DNA from: an uncultured bacterium
GTDB lineage: Bacteria > Krumholzibacteriota > Krumholzibacteriia > LZORAL124-64-63
Assembly: GCA_903912525.1 (NCBI GenBank)
Contig: CAIWHK010000032.1
Span: 110,409-174,408, forward strand
Direction of reading: 5' to 3'
Length of the DNA: 64,000 nucleotides
Shown: positions 29,312 to 38,200 of the stretch, piece by piece
Numbering within the stretch: the stretch's first letter is position 1
Layout: the number at the start of each line of letters is the position of its first letter
Program-made: the position numbers and the translations under genes
Notes under the pieces: generated by a model
What the model was told of the DNA's origin: nothing
Seen by the model: the letters and a program-made list of their open reading frames with translations, nothing else
Database searches by the model: none

Positions 29312-29338
29312 TAAAGTCGCTCCCGTCCGGGCCGATCA
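29312..29338 (+). promoter_or_regulatory. Sigma-28 (FliA/SigD) promoter
   Basis: TAAA-N15-GCCGATCA, one mismatch to consensus, about 105 bp upstream of cheY. Confidence 0.75.
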
Positions 29339-29443
29339 CCTTGCTGCCCCGGGGAAGATCATGCCGGAACCGCGAGCCCGCCACCGGCGGGGCGCGATTA
29401 CGGTGAACAGGGTAGCGCCATCGGCGTTCCCGCGGAGGATCCT

Positions 29444-29830
29444 GTGAGCCACGCCGTCCTGATCGTCGATGACGCCGACTTCATGCGTGACATCCTGCGC
29501 GAAATCGTCCAGGACCTGGGTTGGACCGTCGCCGCCGAGGCGGCGGACGGTACGCAGGCGATCGCGCTCTACCGCCAGCAGAAGCCCGATCTCGTTCTGC
29601 TCGACATCACCATGCCCGGCATGGACGGCAACGAGGCGCTCCAGGCGATCCTCGAGCACGATCCTGCAGCCCGCGTGGTGATGATCACGGCTCTCGGCCA
29701 GAAAGAGCAGGTGCTGGCGGCGATCAAGCTGGGCGCCCGCGACTTCGTCATCAAACCGTTCGACACCGAACGCGTCGCGGCGACCCTCACCCGCCTGCTC
29801 GGCATGCCCCAGCCCGTAGGCGCGCCCTGA
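29444..29830 (+). CDS. cheY: Single-domain CheY-type response regulator
   Basis: VLIVDDADFMR, LLDITMPGMDG, ITALGQ, FVIKPF (resembles Bacillus/Thermotoga CheY). Confidence 0.82.
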   Translation: MSHAVLIVDDADFMRDILREIVQDLGWTVAAEAADGTQAIALYRQQKPDLVLLDITMPGMDGNEALQAILEHDPAARVVMITALGQKEQVLAAIKLGARDFVIKPFDTERVAATLTRLLGMPQPVGAP

Positions 29831-29867
29831 GCCGGAAACATCGACCGATCACAGCCCGCAGAACCGG

Positions 29868-30743
29868 CTAGTTCGCGCCGCGCTGTTCGCGCGCGGCGCG
29901 CGCCTGGCTGTAATGCAGGCGCGCCTGTTGCGGCATGCCCAGGGCGTCGCAGGTAAGTGCGAGCTGGTAGTGCAGGCGCCCGTCCTCGGGCGTGTATTCG
30001 AGAGCCTGTTCCAGCGCCAGACGCGCCTCTTCGTAGCGCTCCAGCTTGTGCAGGCAGGTCCCCAGGTAATACGGCACGCGAACCAGGCGTGGGTCCAGCT
30101 TCCACGCAGCCTCGAAACGCTTGCAGGCATCGGCGTACATACCGCACTTCATCAGGCACAGCGCCGCGTAGTACTGCCCGCGGGTGAAGCCGGCATCGCA
30201 GCCGAGCGCCCGCTCGAAACACTCCAGCGCGCGCGTGTATTCCGCCTCGCCGTAGTGCACGAGCCCGAGATTATGGTAACCCTCCGCATCGGGTTCGATG
30301 GCGATGGCCGCCTCGAAGGCACGGATCGCCTCCAGCGTTCGGCCGGCCTCGGCATAGATCGCCCCGAGGTTGTGGTGGGCCACCGCGCTGTCGTTGCCCT
30401 TTTGCGTGGAACGCCGGTACCACAGCACGGCCTCGTCGCGGCGACCGAGGCGGTCGCAGCACACGCCCAGGTTCGTCAGGTAGGCCGTCGCATCCGGCTG
30501 CAGTTCCACGGCCTGCCGCAGGACCAGTTCCGCGTCCTGCGGCTGGTCCAGCTTCATCAGCACGCAGCCCAGCCGGTACAGCCAGTCGTGGCGCCGGGAA
30601 TCCTCCGCCAGGGCCAGCTCATAGGCTCGGCGCGCTTCGTCCAGGCGACCGGCATTTTCAGCCAGGCGCCCATTCTCGAAAAGCGCGGCTCCCGACGGGT
30701 TGTCGTTCCCTTGGGGCCTGTTGTCTTGTTCGCGGGAAGTCAT
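29868..30743 (-). CDS. Cytoplasmic TPR-repeat protein (about 8 TPRs)
   Basis: Repeated YRLG, NLGV, HNLGA, HNLGL, YYLG helices; no signal peptide. Confidence 0.9.
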   Translation of the reverse strand: MTSREQDNRPQGNDNPSGAALFENGRLAENAGRLDEARRAYELALAEDSRRHDWLYRLGCVLMKLDQPQDAELVLRQAVELQPDATAYLTNLGVCCDRLGRRDEAVLWYRRSTQKGNDSAVAHHNLGAIYAEAGRTLEAIRAFEAAIAIEPDAEGYHNLGLVHYGEAEYTRALECFERALGCDAGFTRGQYYAALCLMKCGMYADACKRFEAAWKLDPRLVRVPYYLGTCLHKLERYEEARLALEQALEYTPEDGRLHYQLALTCDALGMPQQARLHYSQARAAREQRGAN

Positions 30744-30807
30744 TGCGGGAATCTAGCGGCCATGCCGACGATGGTCAATCGAGTTCGCTCTTCAGGCAGC
30801 AGCAACC

Positions 30808-31641
30808 CTACAGCGGGGATTCGTCGTCGATCACGACCTCCAGGAGCAGCCTTACCGGCTCCCTCCCCTGCAGGAGGCGCCTCGGGATACGCACCGGGAC
30901 GACCACCGACGGCCGCAGCTCGTGGTAGATGGCCTCACTCAACGCGCGGGTCGTCTCGCCGATTTCCGTGCCCGGCAGGGGCGGCCCGTAGTCCAGCCCC
31001 AACGGGCTGGCCGGCTCGGGCTGCGCCATGGGGGCCGGCTCGGGCGCCACGGGCACCAGCGCAGGCGCCGCCGCCGACGGGTTGGCCGCCAGGTGGTTCA
31101 CGGTCAGGCCGAGAATGGCCTTGAGGGTCTCGCGCGCGCCGTCTCCGTTGGCAGCGTTGGCGGGGAACGAGAGCAGCCCCCAGGGATTCAGGAGGCTCTC
31201 GAGGCGGTCCACGGGCAACGTGTCGGCCCGGTCACGACGGTTGTACTGGATGACGATGGGCACTCGCATGAGATCGAGGTCCCACGACTCGAGGTACGAC
31301 TTGAGTGCCTCCAGAGCCGCCAGGCTCTGGTCAAGCATGGCCGCACTGGAGTCCACGACGAACACGACCCCGTCAAACGGGGGATGCATGTCGCGGCCGG
31401 CGGCGCGCGGCCGCTCACGCCCCGCGTCGATGGCCTGCACGAGAACCTGCCAGTCACCCTGGCCCCCGTGCCGGACCCGGAAGGCGATCTGCCGCTCCGG
31501 ATCGTCCGTTGCCAGCAGCAGGCGCTGCTCCGGCGGGATCGACCGGTGGATCACCCTCAGGTTGGCGCGCTTGCCGGCGCTGGCGGGCCCGTAATAGAGC
31601 ACGCGGCAGGTCCGGGTGGCTGTCAGCTGCGAGGTGGTCAC
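30808..31641 (-). CDS. MglA-like small GTPase homolog with degenerate G motifs and C-terminal extension
   Basis: CRVLYYGPASAGKRANL, DGVVFVVDS, PIVIQYNRRD, ETLKAI parallel MglA CKIVYYGPGLCGKTTNL, DGVVFVADS, PYVIQYNKRD, DTLKAV. Confidence 0.82.
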   Translation of the reverse strand: MTTSQLTATRTCRVLYYGPASAGKRANLRVIHRSIPPEQRLLLATDDPERQIAFRVRHGGQGDWQVLVQAIDAGRERPRAAGRDMHPPFDGVVFVVDSSAAMLDQSLAALEALKSYLESWDLDLMRVPIVIQYNRRDRADTLPVDRLESLLNPWGLLSFPANAANGDGARETLKAILGLTVNHLAANPSAAAPALVPVAPEPAPMAQPEPASPLGLDYGPPLPGTEIGETTRALSEAIYHELRPSVVVPVRIPRRLLQGREPVRLLLEVVIDDESPL

Positions 31642-31707
31642 GGCACCCTTCCTGGGCTCACGGTTGGCAGCCCCGTCATCATGCCGGCGGCGCTGTCGGC
31701 CAGTTCA

Positions 31708-31723
31708 AGCAAGCCACGTGCCA
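31708..31723 (-). promoter_or_regulatory. Sigma-54 -24/-12 promoter
   Basis: TGGCACGTGGCTTGCT = full TGGCACG-N4-TTGCW consensus, 67 bp upstream of the MglA-like gene. Confidence 0.8.
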
Positions 31724-31779
31724 CGAAACAACAAGCATCTTCTTGTCATTTCATCAGATCACGCGCCGTCCCCGGCAAC

Positions 31780-31795
31780 GGGCAAGCATTTTGCA
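31780..31795 (+). promoter_or_regulatory. Possible divergent sigma-54 promoter
   Basis: GGGCAAGCATTTTGCA (GG-N10-GC with TTGCA) upstream of the 31874 ORF. Confidence 0.45.
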
Positions 31796-31873
31796 ACATC
31801 GACCGGGAATCACAGGGCAGTCCGGCACACGGGGCCACCCCGAAGACCGGCCACCACCCGGCAGGAGCAGTTC

Positions 31874-32317
31874 ATGACGACGACGAATACGGACAAGATC
31901 CTCAAGACCATGTTCTCGCGGTTGTTGCAGGTCGAGGTCGACGAGCCCCTGCTGCACAAGCTCTGTGCGGTCATCGACAGCGTCACCGAGCGCGTGGGCG
32001 GCAATTTCGACCTCGAGACCGTTCAGGGCCAAAACACCTTCCGGGCGCTGCTATGCTCGATGGTCGTCCACGGCTGGGGAAACGGCATGCACCCCTTCCA
32101 CAATCCGCAGACCAACCAGGACGGCAACCCCGTCGAGGTCCGGGTCAGCAAGGACATCCTGATGTCGATGCAGGACCTGCAGGCGCTGCGCTACGTGAAG
32201 AAGGACTCGCAGGGCCGGGTCAAGCAGGCCCTGTTCGAGCCCGACCACAACGTGCGGGTCCGCCAGCAGATCGACGACATCCTGTCGGAAATCAGCCAGG
32301 ACAAGTGGAATTCCTAG
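31874..32317 (+). CDS. Hypothetical cytoplasmic protein (147 aa)
   Basis: AGGAG RBS, strong GC3 codon bias, own terminator; no family recognised. Confidence 0.8.
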   Translation: MTTTNTDKILKTMFSRLLQVEVDEPLLHKLCAVIDSVTERVGGNFDLETVQGQNTFRALLCSMVVHGWGNGMHPFHNPQTNQDGNPVEVRVSKDILMSMQDLQALRYVKKDSQGRVKQALFEPDHNVRVRQQIDDILSEISQDKWNS

Positions 32318-32339
32318 CCGCTTCCGTCCGGAATTGAAA

Positions 32340-32375
32340 AGAGCCGACCGCACCGTCAATGGTGCGGTCGGCTCT
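32340..32375. terminator. Bidirectional intrinsic terminator
   Basis: AGAGCCGACCGCACCG-TCAA-TGGTGCGGTCGGCTCT with an A-run on the left and ATTT on the right, between convergent genes. Confidence 0.88.
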
Positions 32376-32393
32376 ATTTGTCCGTCCGAGAGA

Positions 32394-32957
32394 TCAGAAT
32401 ACCTGAGTGCCCCCCGCCAGAATCTCGTTCAGGGCATCACGGAAGTACTCGGTGGAACCGGCCACCTCGGGCGTGACCTTGTCCTTGTACAGCTCCCACG
32501 ACTTCTTGATCTCGGGACCGAGCGCCTCCAGCAGGTTGCCGTCGGCAAGCGCCCTCTCGTAGACCTCGCGGTTGTAGACCTTGATGTCCGACACGAGGGC
32601 GCGCGCGAGCATCTCTTCCTTGCTCCGGCGACGGCGGGTCTGGACAGGCTGGTCCATGACTGCCGTCCCGGTCGGCGCGCCCGGCCGCTCGAGTGACGCG
32701 GCAGGTGCGAACGTCGCCGCCGACGCCTGCGCGCGAGGCGCCAGGCCGACAGGCTCGAACGGGTCAGCCACGGTCTGGACCGGCTCGGGAGCCCTGGTCA
32801 CAGCCTCCACGGCCTCTACTGCCTCCGTCTCGCGCGCGGTCCCGTCCAGGACGAAGACCCCGCGACAGGACGGGCAACGGACGCGGACCTGGCGCGGCGG
32901 CACGCGCTCGGGATCCAGGCGATAGCGCGCGTGGCAATCGGTGCACGAGGTGATCAT
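32394..32957 (-). CDS. MJ0042-type zinc-ribbon protein with C-terminal RomX-like domain
   Basis: CTDC..YRL..VRCPSC zinc ribbon, Ala/Pro linker, then LARALVSDIKVYN...YKDKV...FRDALNEIL; AAGGAG RBS. Confidence 0.78.
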   Translation of the reverse strand: MITSCTDCHARYRLDPERVPPRQVRVRCPSCRGVFVLDGTARETEAVEAVEAVTRAPEPVQTVADPFEPVGLAPRAQASAATFAPAASLERPGAPTGTAVMDQPVQTRRRRSKEEMLARALVSDIKVYNREVYERALADGNLLEALGPEIKKSWELYKDKVTPEVAGSTEYFRDALNEILAGGTQVF

Positions 32958-33005
32958 CAACCCGCTCCTTTGGGATGGCTGGAAACCGGACTCCGGGCCC
33001 GTCAG

Positions 33006-33032
33006 GTTTCGGCCGCTGCCGTCAGGAATTTA
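33006..33032 (-). promoter_or_regulatory. Sigma-28 (FliA/SigD) promoter
   Basis: Minus strand TAAA-N15-GCCGAAAC, 49 bp upstream of the zinc-ribbon/RomX-like gene. Confidence 0.65.
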
Positions 33033-33041
33033 GCAAAGATT

Positions 33042-34258
33042 GGGTTGTGCCATCGAGATTGTGTCTGGCCCGGGCCATGCCCGGGCCAGACATGAAACAC
33101 ACCGACGATTCATTCAATCCGCCCCACTGCCCAAACGCCAAATGCCAATTCCACGGGCAGTTGCACGCGGGTTGGCGCTTCAAACGCATTGGCACCTTTG
33201 AGCGACAGGCCGCCCCACACTGTATCCAGCGGTTCCTCTGCCTTCACTGCCACCGGTCTTTCAGCACCCAGACCTTCTCGACCACTTACTGGCTCAAGCG
33301 CCCTGATGTCCTGCCCCAGCTCCTGACCAAAACCAACGGCTGCATGGCAAACCGACAGATCGCCAGGGACTTGAGGGTCGCCCCCTCGACCATCGACGGG
33401 CAGCTCGCCAGGCTCGGCCGCCATTGCCTGCTCTACCACGCGGAGCGGATGACGACGGCGGTTCCGGTGAGCCGCGTCGCCATCGACGGATTCGTCACCT
33501 TCGAGCACTCCCAGTTCTGGCCGTTCCATCACCACCTGGCCGTCGAGCCCGAATCGGATTTCATCGTCTACTTCACCGACAGCGAGGTCCGCCGTTCCGG
33601 ATCCATGACGCCAGCCCAGAAGCGCAAGCGCGAACGATTGGAGACCGCTCTGGGCCGACCGGACCCGAAGGCGGTGTACAAGGATGTGAAGCACCTGCTC
33701 GAGGTGGTGGCCGGCAGCCAGCCGCACCTGACCATTTTGAGCGATGAGCATCGGACCTATCCGCAGGCGATCAAGTCACTTGGGTGTGCAGTGACACATC
33801 TGGTGACCTCGAGCAAGGAGCGCCGCGATGCCGGCAACCAGCTGTTCCCGGTAAACCTGGCGGATCTCCTGCTGCGGCACAGCAGTGCGAACCACAAGCG
33901 TGAGACGATCGCTTGGTCGAAGCGTCGGCAGGCGAGCGCGGAGCGGCTGGCGATATTTCTGGTCTGGCGGAACTACATGAAGAGCCGACGGGAGAAGCGG
34001 CCCCGAGGGCCGACGCCGGCCGAGGTTCGGGGGATTGTCGATCATCGAGTTACGGTCGAGGAGTTGCTGGAGCAGCGGATCTTCGTCAGTCGGACCAGCC
34101 TGCCCGCGCGGTGGGTCGACTACTATTGGCGAGAGATTGAGACAAGGGCTCTTCCGCAGCAGCGGCGGCACGCGCTCAGTTACGCGGCCTGATCTGCGAA
34201 AGAGAACCGGCCGCGCCCTTCTGCTGCGCGGTCGGACACAATTTCAGCGGCACAACCC
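33042..34258 (+). mobile_element. Insertion sequence (1217 bp) with 24-bp imperfect terminal inverted repeats
   Basis: Left GGGTTGTGCCATCGAGATTGTGTC (33042-33065) versus right GACACAATTTCAGCGGCACAACCC (34235-34258): 20/24 complementary; encloses one transposase; no target duplication seen. Confidence 0.85.
33092..34192 (+). CDS. IS1/IS1595-like transposase (Zn ribbon + HTH + DDE-like core)
   Basis: CPNAKC..RFLCLHCHRSFS, HTH RQIARDLRVAPSTI, VAIDGF, ILSDEHRTY, LLRH..HKRETIAWSKR. Confidence 0.8.
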   Translation: MKHTDDSFNPPHCPNAKCQFHGQLHAGWRFKRIGTFERQAAPHCIQRFLCLHCHRSFSTQTFSTTYWLKRPDVLPQLLTKTNGCMANRQIARDLRVAPSTIDGQLARLGRHCLLYHAERMTTAVPVSRVAIDGFVTFEHSQFWPFHHHLAVEPESDFIVYFTDSEVRRSGSMTPAQKRKRERLETALGRPDPKAVYKDVKHLLEVVAGSQPHLTILSDEHRTYPQAIKSLGCAVTHLVTSSKERRDAGNQLFPVNLADLLLRHSSANHKRETIAWSKRRQASAERLAIFLVWRNYMKSRREKRPRGPTPAEVRGIVDHRVTVEELLEQRIFVSRTSLPARWVDYYWREIETRALPQQRRHALSYAA

Positions 34259-34269
34259 GGGCCGTCGGT

Positions 34270-35229
34270 TCAGGGGCGGTAGACGAGGTCAGCGACCAGT
34301 CGGCCGGCCTGCTGGAGTGAGGCCGCCGAGCAGAATTCCGGCCGGTCGGCTGTGGTATGCCAGCGCGGGTCGTCGAAGTCGATCAGGTCGACGGCAGGCA
34401 CGCCCGCCTGCAGGAACGGCACGTGGTCGTCGTAGACCTGCCGCCCCGGGACGGGCTCGAACATGTCCAGCCCCAGGCCGGCGGCCCGCTCGAAGACCGC
34501 GGCGGTCCAGTCCGGGGCCAGCGCCAGCGAGTAGCCTTCCTGCGGAACGCGCGCACCGGCCCTGCCGACCATGTCCAGCAGGACCAACCCGCGGCAACGC
34601 GTCGCATCCAGCGGGCTGCCGAATGCCCCCAGCGACGCCGCCAGATACCGGCTTCCATGGCAAAAACCTGCGGCATCGTGCTGCCGACCCGAATCCTCGG
34701 CGTCCAGGAACAGGAGGTCGACGCCCCGGGGCGGCGGCGATGCTCCCAGCAACTCGATCAGGTGCAACAGAACTGCCGTGCCGCTGCCGCCGTCGTTGGC
34801 GCCGGGAACGGGCTCGGTACGGCGGGCAGGCACGGGATCCTGGTCCGCCCATGGTCGCGTGTCGTAGTGCGCCGCGAGCCACAGGCGCTCGCCTCCCTCG
34901 GGCCCTGCCGAGACAATGATGTTGCAGGCGTCGACACCGCTGCCCTTCGGCCCCAGCGGAGCGCTGAAGTGCTGTTCGCTGACCCTGAGGCCGGCCTTGC
35001 GCGCGGCGTCGATGACCATGGCGCGCAGGGCCAGGTTTCCCGCCGAACCAGGCGTCCGCGGACCGAGCGCACATTGCCGGCGAACAAGGTCCAGGGCGCG
35101 GTCTCCGGAAAACGCGGGCACGGCAACCGGTGCCCCTGCATGCGCCGGCGCAATGACAGCCGCCCCGAGGACTGCAGCCACGGCCAGCCCGCGCAAACGG
35201 CGCGCAACGAATGGCGTCCTAGAAAACAA
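34270..35229 (-). CDS. M28-family zinc enzyme, glutaminyl cyclase-like
   Basis: Signal peptide; GPRTPGS, AAHYDTRPWADQD, GANDGGSG, LDAED, LLDMVG, DDHVPF, WHTTAD; overlaps sprA stop. Confidence 0.85.
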   Translation of the reverse strand: MFSRTPFVARRLRGLAVAAVLGAAVIAPAHAGAPVAVPAFSGDRALDLVRRQCALGPRTPGSAGNLALRAMVIDAARKAGLRVSEQHFSAPLGPKGSGVDACNIIVSAGPEGGERLWLAAHYDTRPWADQDPVPARRTEPVPGANDGGSGTAVLLHLIELLGASPPPRGVDLLFLDAEDSGRQHDAAGFCHGSRYLAASLGAFGSPLDATRCRGLVLLDMVGRAGARVPQEGYSLALAPDWTAAVFERAAGLGLDMFEPVPGRQVYDDHVPFLQAGVPAVDLIDFDDPRWHTTADRPEFCSAASLQQAGRLVADLVYRP

Positions 35230-38200
35230 AAGTCGCCTCCACTCCGAGGCCGAGAGTCGTGCTGTGCTGTCCGGTGGCGATGTTGTTGCTCCGGGCGAAT
35301 TTGAAACGGAGCGCCCCGTTCAGGTTCTTGGATATCTGGTATGTAAAGCGCGGGTCCAGGCTGAGGCGCTTCTGCCCTGTCGGCGCCGTGTCCGCGAAAC
35401 CGGGATTCACACGGTCGGTCCGGTCCGACTGGTACGCCAAGTCGACGTCAAGCGTAACGTTCTGGCTCGAGCCGGGTCGGTACAGGCCCATCTTCGCCAG
35501 GAACTGCTCGGCGCGGAACTGGTGGCGCACCTGCAGCCCGTACCTCGCCTGGTTGGTCTTGGTCATGACGCCGTTGCCGCGCACCTCGTCCCACTTCAGG
35601 TTCGCATTGAGCGTCGCCGACAAACCACTCGGGAAGGTGAACGACCAACGGGGCTGGACCGTCGTCGAGTAGGTCGGACTGAAGACCGTCGCAGTGTAGC
35701 CGTTCACCGTCAGGCTCTTCTTGTAGCCGACATTGAAGCTGGACGAACGGAACCAGCCTTCCCCCTCCTTGCCGCCTCCGCCAAGCAGTCGCCACTTCTC
35801 GATACCCGACAGGGAAACCTGGACGTCGGGCCACTCCTCCCGCAGGCTGCGCGATTCCGAACCCACTTGTTCCCGCACGGTGTTGTTGCTGGCATACTTG
35901 AGATCCAGCGACAATTGCCGGGTCAATTTCGTGTTGGTGGCCAGGGTCACGGACTCCTGTTCGTCGAAGCCGCGCGCCGCAAACCGCGTTGCGTCGACAT
36001 CGAGTCCTGACGTGAAGCCGGCCTCGTACCAGAAGCTCGCCGGATCCAACAGGCGGACGTAGCTGCTGTTCCGCCGCCGGGTCAGCGTCACCTTCACCGG
36101 TTGCGTATTGCGCAGGGCCGAGACAAACGGCTCGACCAGCGTGCGCGGCCCGAAGCCGTGGCCAGCGCCGGTCGTCGCCTCAGAGGCGGGCGGCGGCCCT
36201 GCACCCGGGACGACGACACCGGTCGCCGCGCCGCCGCGCTGCTCCTCCTGCTCCCGCGCGATCCGTTCCTCGGCGGCCGCGATGAGCCGTTCATCCTCGC
36301 GGCGCTGCCGCTCATCGGGCGTCAGCAGCAGGTCGTCTTCCGCGGCAACGGGTGTCGTCGCCCTCGTCTCCGGCGTACCGGCGCCTCCCCGGGACTGCGC
36401 CGTGTCGCCGACCGCGGGTGCCGTATTCGGCATCGTCGGCGACGCTCCGGGAGGCCGGCGGGATTCGCGTTCCTCGAGGCGGCGCTGCTGCGCGAGCATC
36501 TGATCGCGCTGGGAATCGGACCGGCGCTGCTCAGGGAAGACGGCCTTGACGGCATCACCGACGGGCACCTGCAACCGCAGGTCCCAGCCGCCCGAATTGG
36601 ACACCGAACGCACACCTTCGGGATCACCGGGCTGGCGTGTCGCCGGATCGTGAATGTCGGCGAATCCCCCTGTGAACTGCAGCGAAGGATTGAGCCGGTC
36701 GACCAGGCGCAGGGCCAGCCGGGCCGGCACGAGGAACGGGCTGGACGACAGCTTCACGCCCTTGGGCGGCGCGAAGGTGATGCGCAGGTCGTAGCTCCGC
36801 CGGTTCTCCTGGCCGATATTGACGCCGCCCACCTTCTCCTCCCGCATCAGGTCACGGTCGGAGTTCACGCCGAACGCGATGTCGGCGATCGACAACGGGG
36901 AATAGTCCAAGGCCCCGGTGAGCTTGCCGATCCGCTTGCGGTCGACCGGGCGCACCGTCACCAAACCGTTCTCGGCGATCGTCGTGGTCGCACCCTCCGT
37001 CGAACTGAAGCTGGCGCCGAGGGCGACGCGACGAGGCACGACGGAAAGGCCCTTGATGATCGGGAACCAGCGGAACACCGGATAGGCACCAAGGGTGTAG
37101 GAGCCCTGGATGCGAAGGTCGAAATTCAACGAGCCCTGCAGGCTCTTGCTGCGGAGGAGCTGCAGAGGGCTGTCCGTCTTCTCGCGCGAGCCGCTCAACT
37201 GCACGGACCAGGGGTCGACCATGTATCGCAGCAGCGCCGCCTTCGCCGGGGTGTGGTTGAGGCGGGCCGAGAACTGCTCGCGAGTGGAGATCGTCGACAT
37301 CGCCGACAGCATGTCGGGGTCGATGATCTCGATGTCGCTGTTCGTGACGTACTTCGGCCGGTCAATCGACTGTCGGCGGCTTCCGTTGACAGGCAACCGG
37401 AAGCCGGCCAGCGGCAGAAAGTCCTCGACATTAAAGCTGTTCGTCAGGTTCCACTCGCCCTTGTCGACACCGCTGCCGGTGCGCTTATCCAAGCCGTGGT
37501 ATTCGTCGTCGGTGTGACGCCAGTCGAAATCGACCTTGAAGACGTCGGCCATGTTCAGGCGCACGCCGGCGCGCTCGGCCACGCCCTGGTCCCGCTTGAT
37601 CCCCTCCAGCCTGACGTCATTGATGTAGAAGTACCCGTTGGCCGGTGCGCTCAGGGCGTTGTTGGCCACGCAGACGAAATAGCGGCGGACCCGACGCAGG
37701 TCGGGACGGCCGACGACCCGGACGCGGTACTCGTCCCCCGACTCCATATCGGGCACGATCGCATGCAGGCTTCCATCCTCGGCCAGGTCGCCCGTCTTCG
37801 CGTTCGACAGCTCGGCAAGGCCGATCGAGGACCGGTGCCAACCGGTCTTGGCGGCACCGTCGCTGAAGCGGTAGGCCACCTCGTAGTAGTTGAGCGAGTC
37901 GGCGCCGACCCGGAACAGCAGGTCGAGGTCGGCGGTGCCGTGCGACGGGTTGAACCAGTACCATGACATGTTCCGGTAGCTCGTGTAGTCGTCGCCGCGC
38001 GGAGAGACCTGCTTGCTGATGCGCATCAGGTGACCGCGTTCGAGGTCCTGGAAGTTCAGGACCAGCGACTGCTCCTTGTCCGGGATGTTGTTCTCGACAT
38101 GCACGCTGAACGGGGGCGAATAATCGGGGTTCTCCTTGTTGTTCACTTCGCCGAGGAAGAACTCCTCGTCCGGCAGCCGTTCACCGCGGCTGAGCAGTTG

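Noticed and set aside
33030-34270. Target-site duplication around the IS
   Set aside because: The flanks share no direct repeat for either GG or GGG end definitions.
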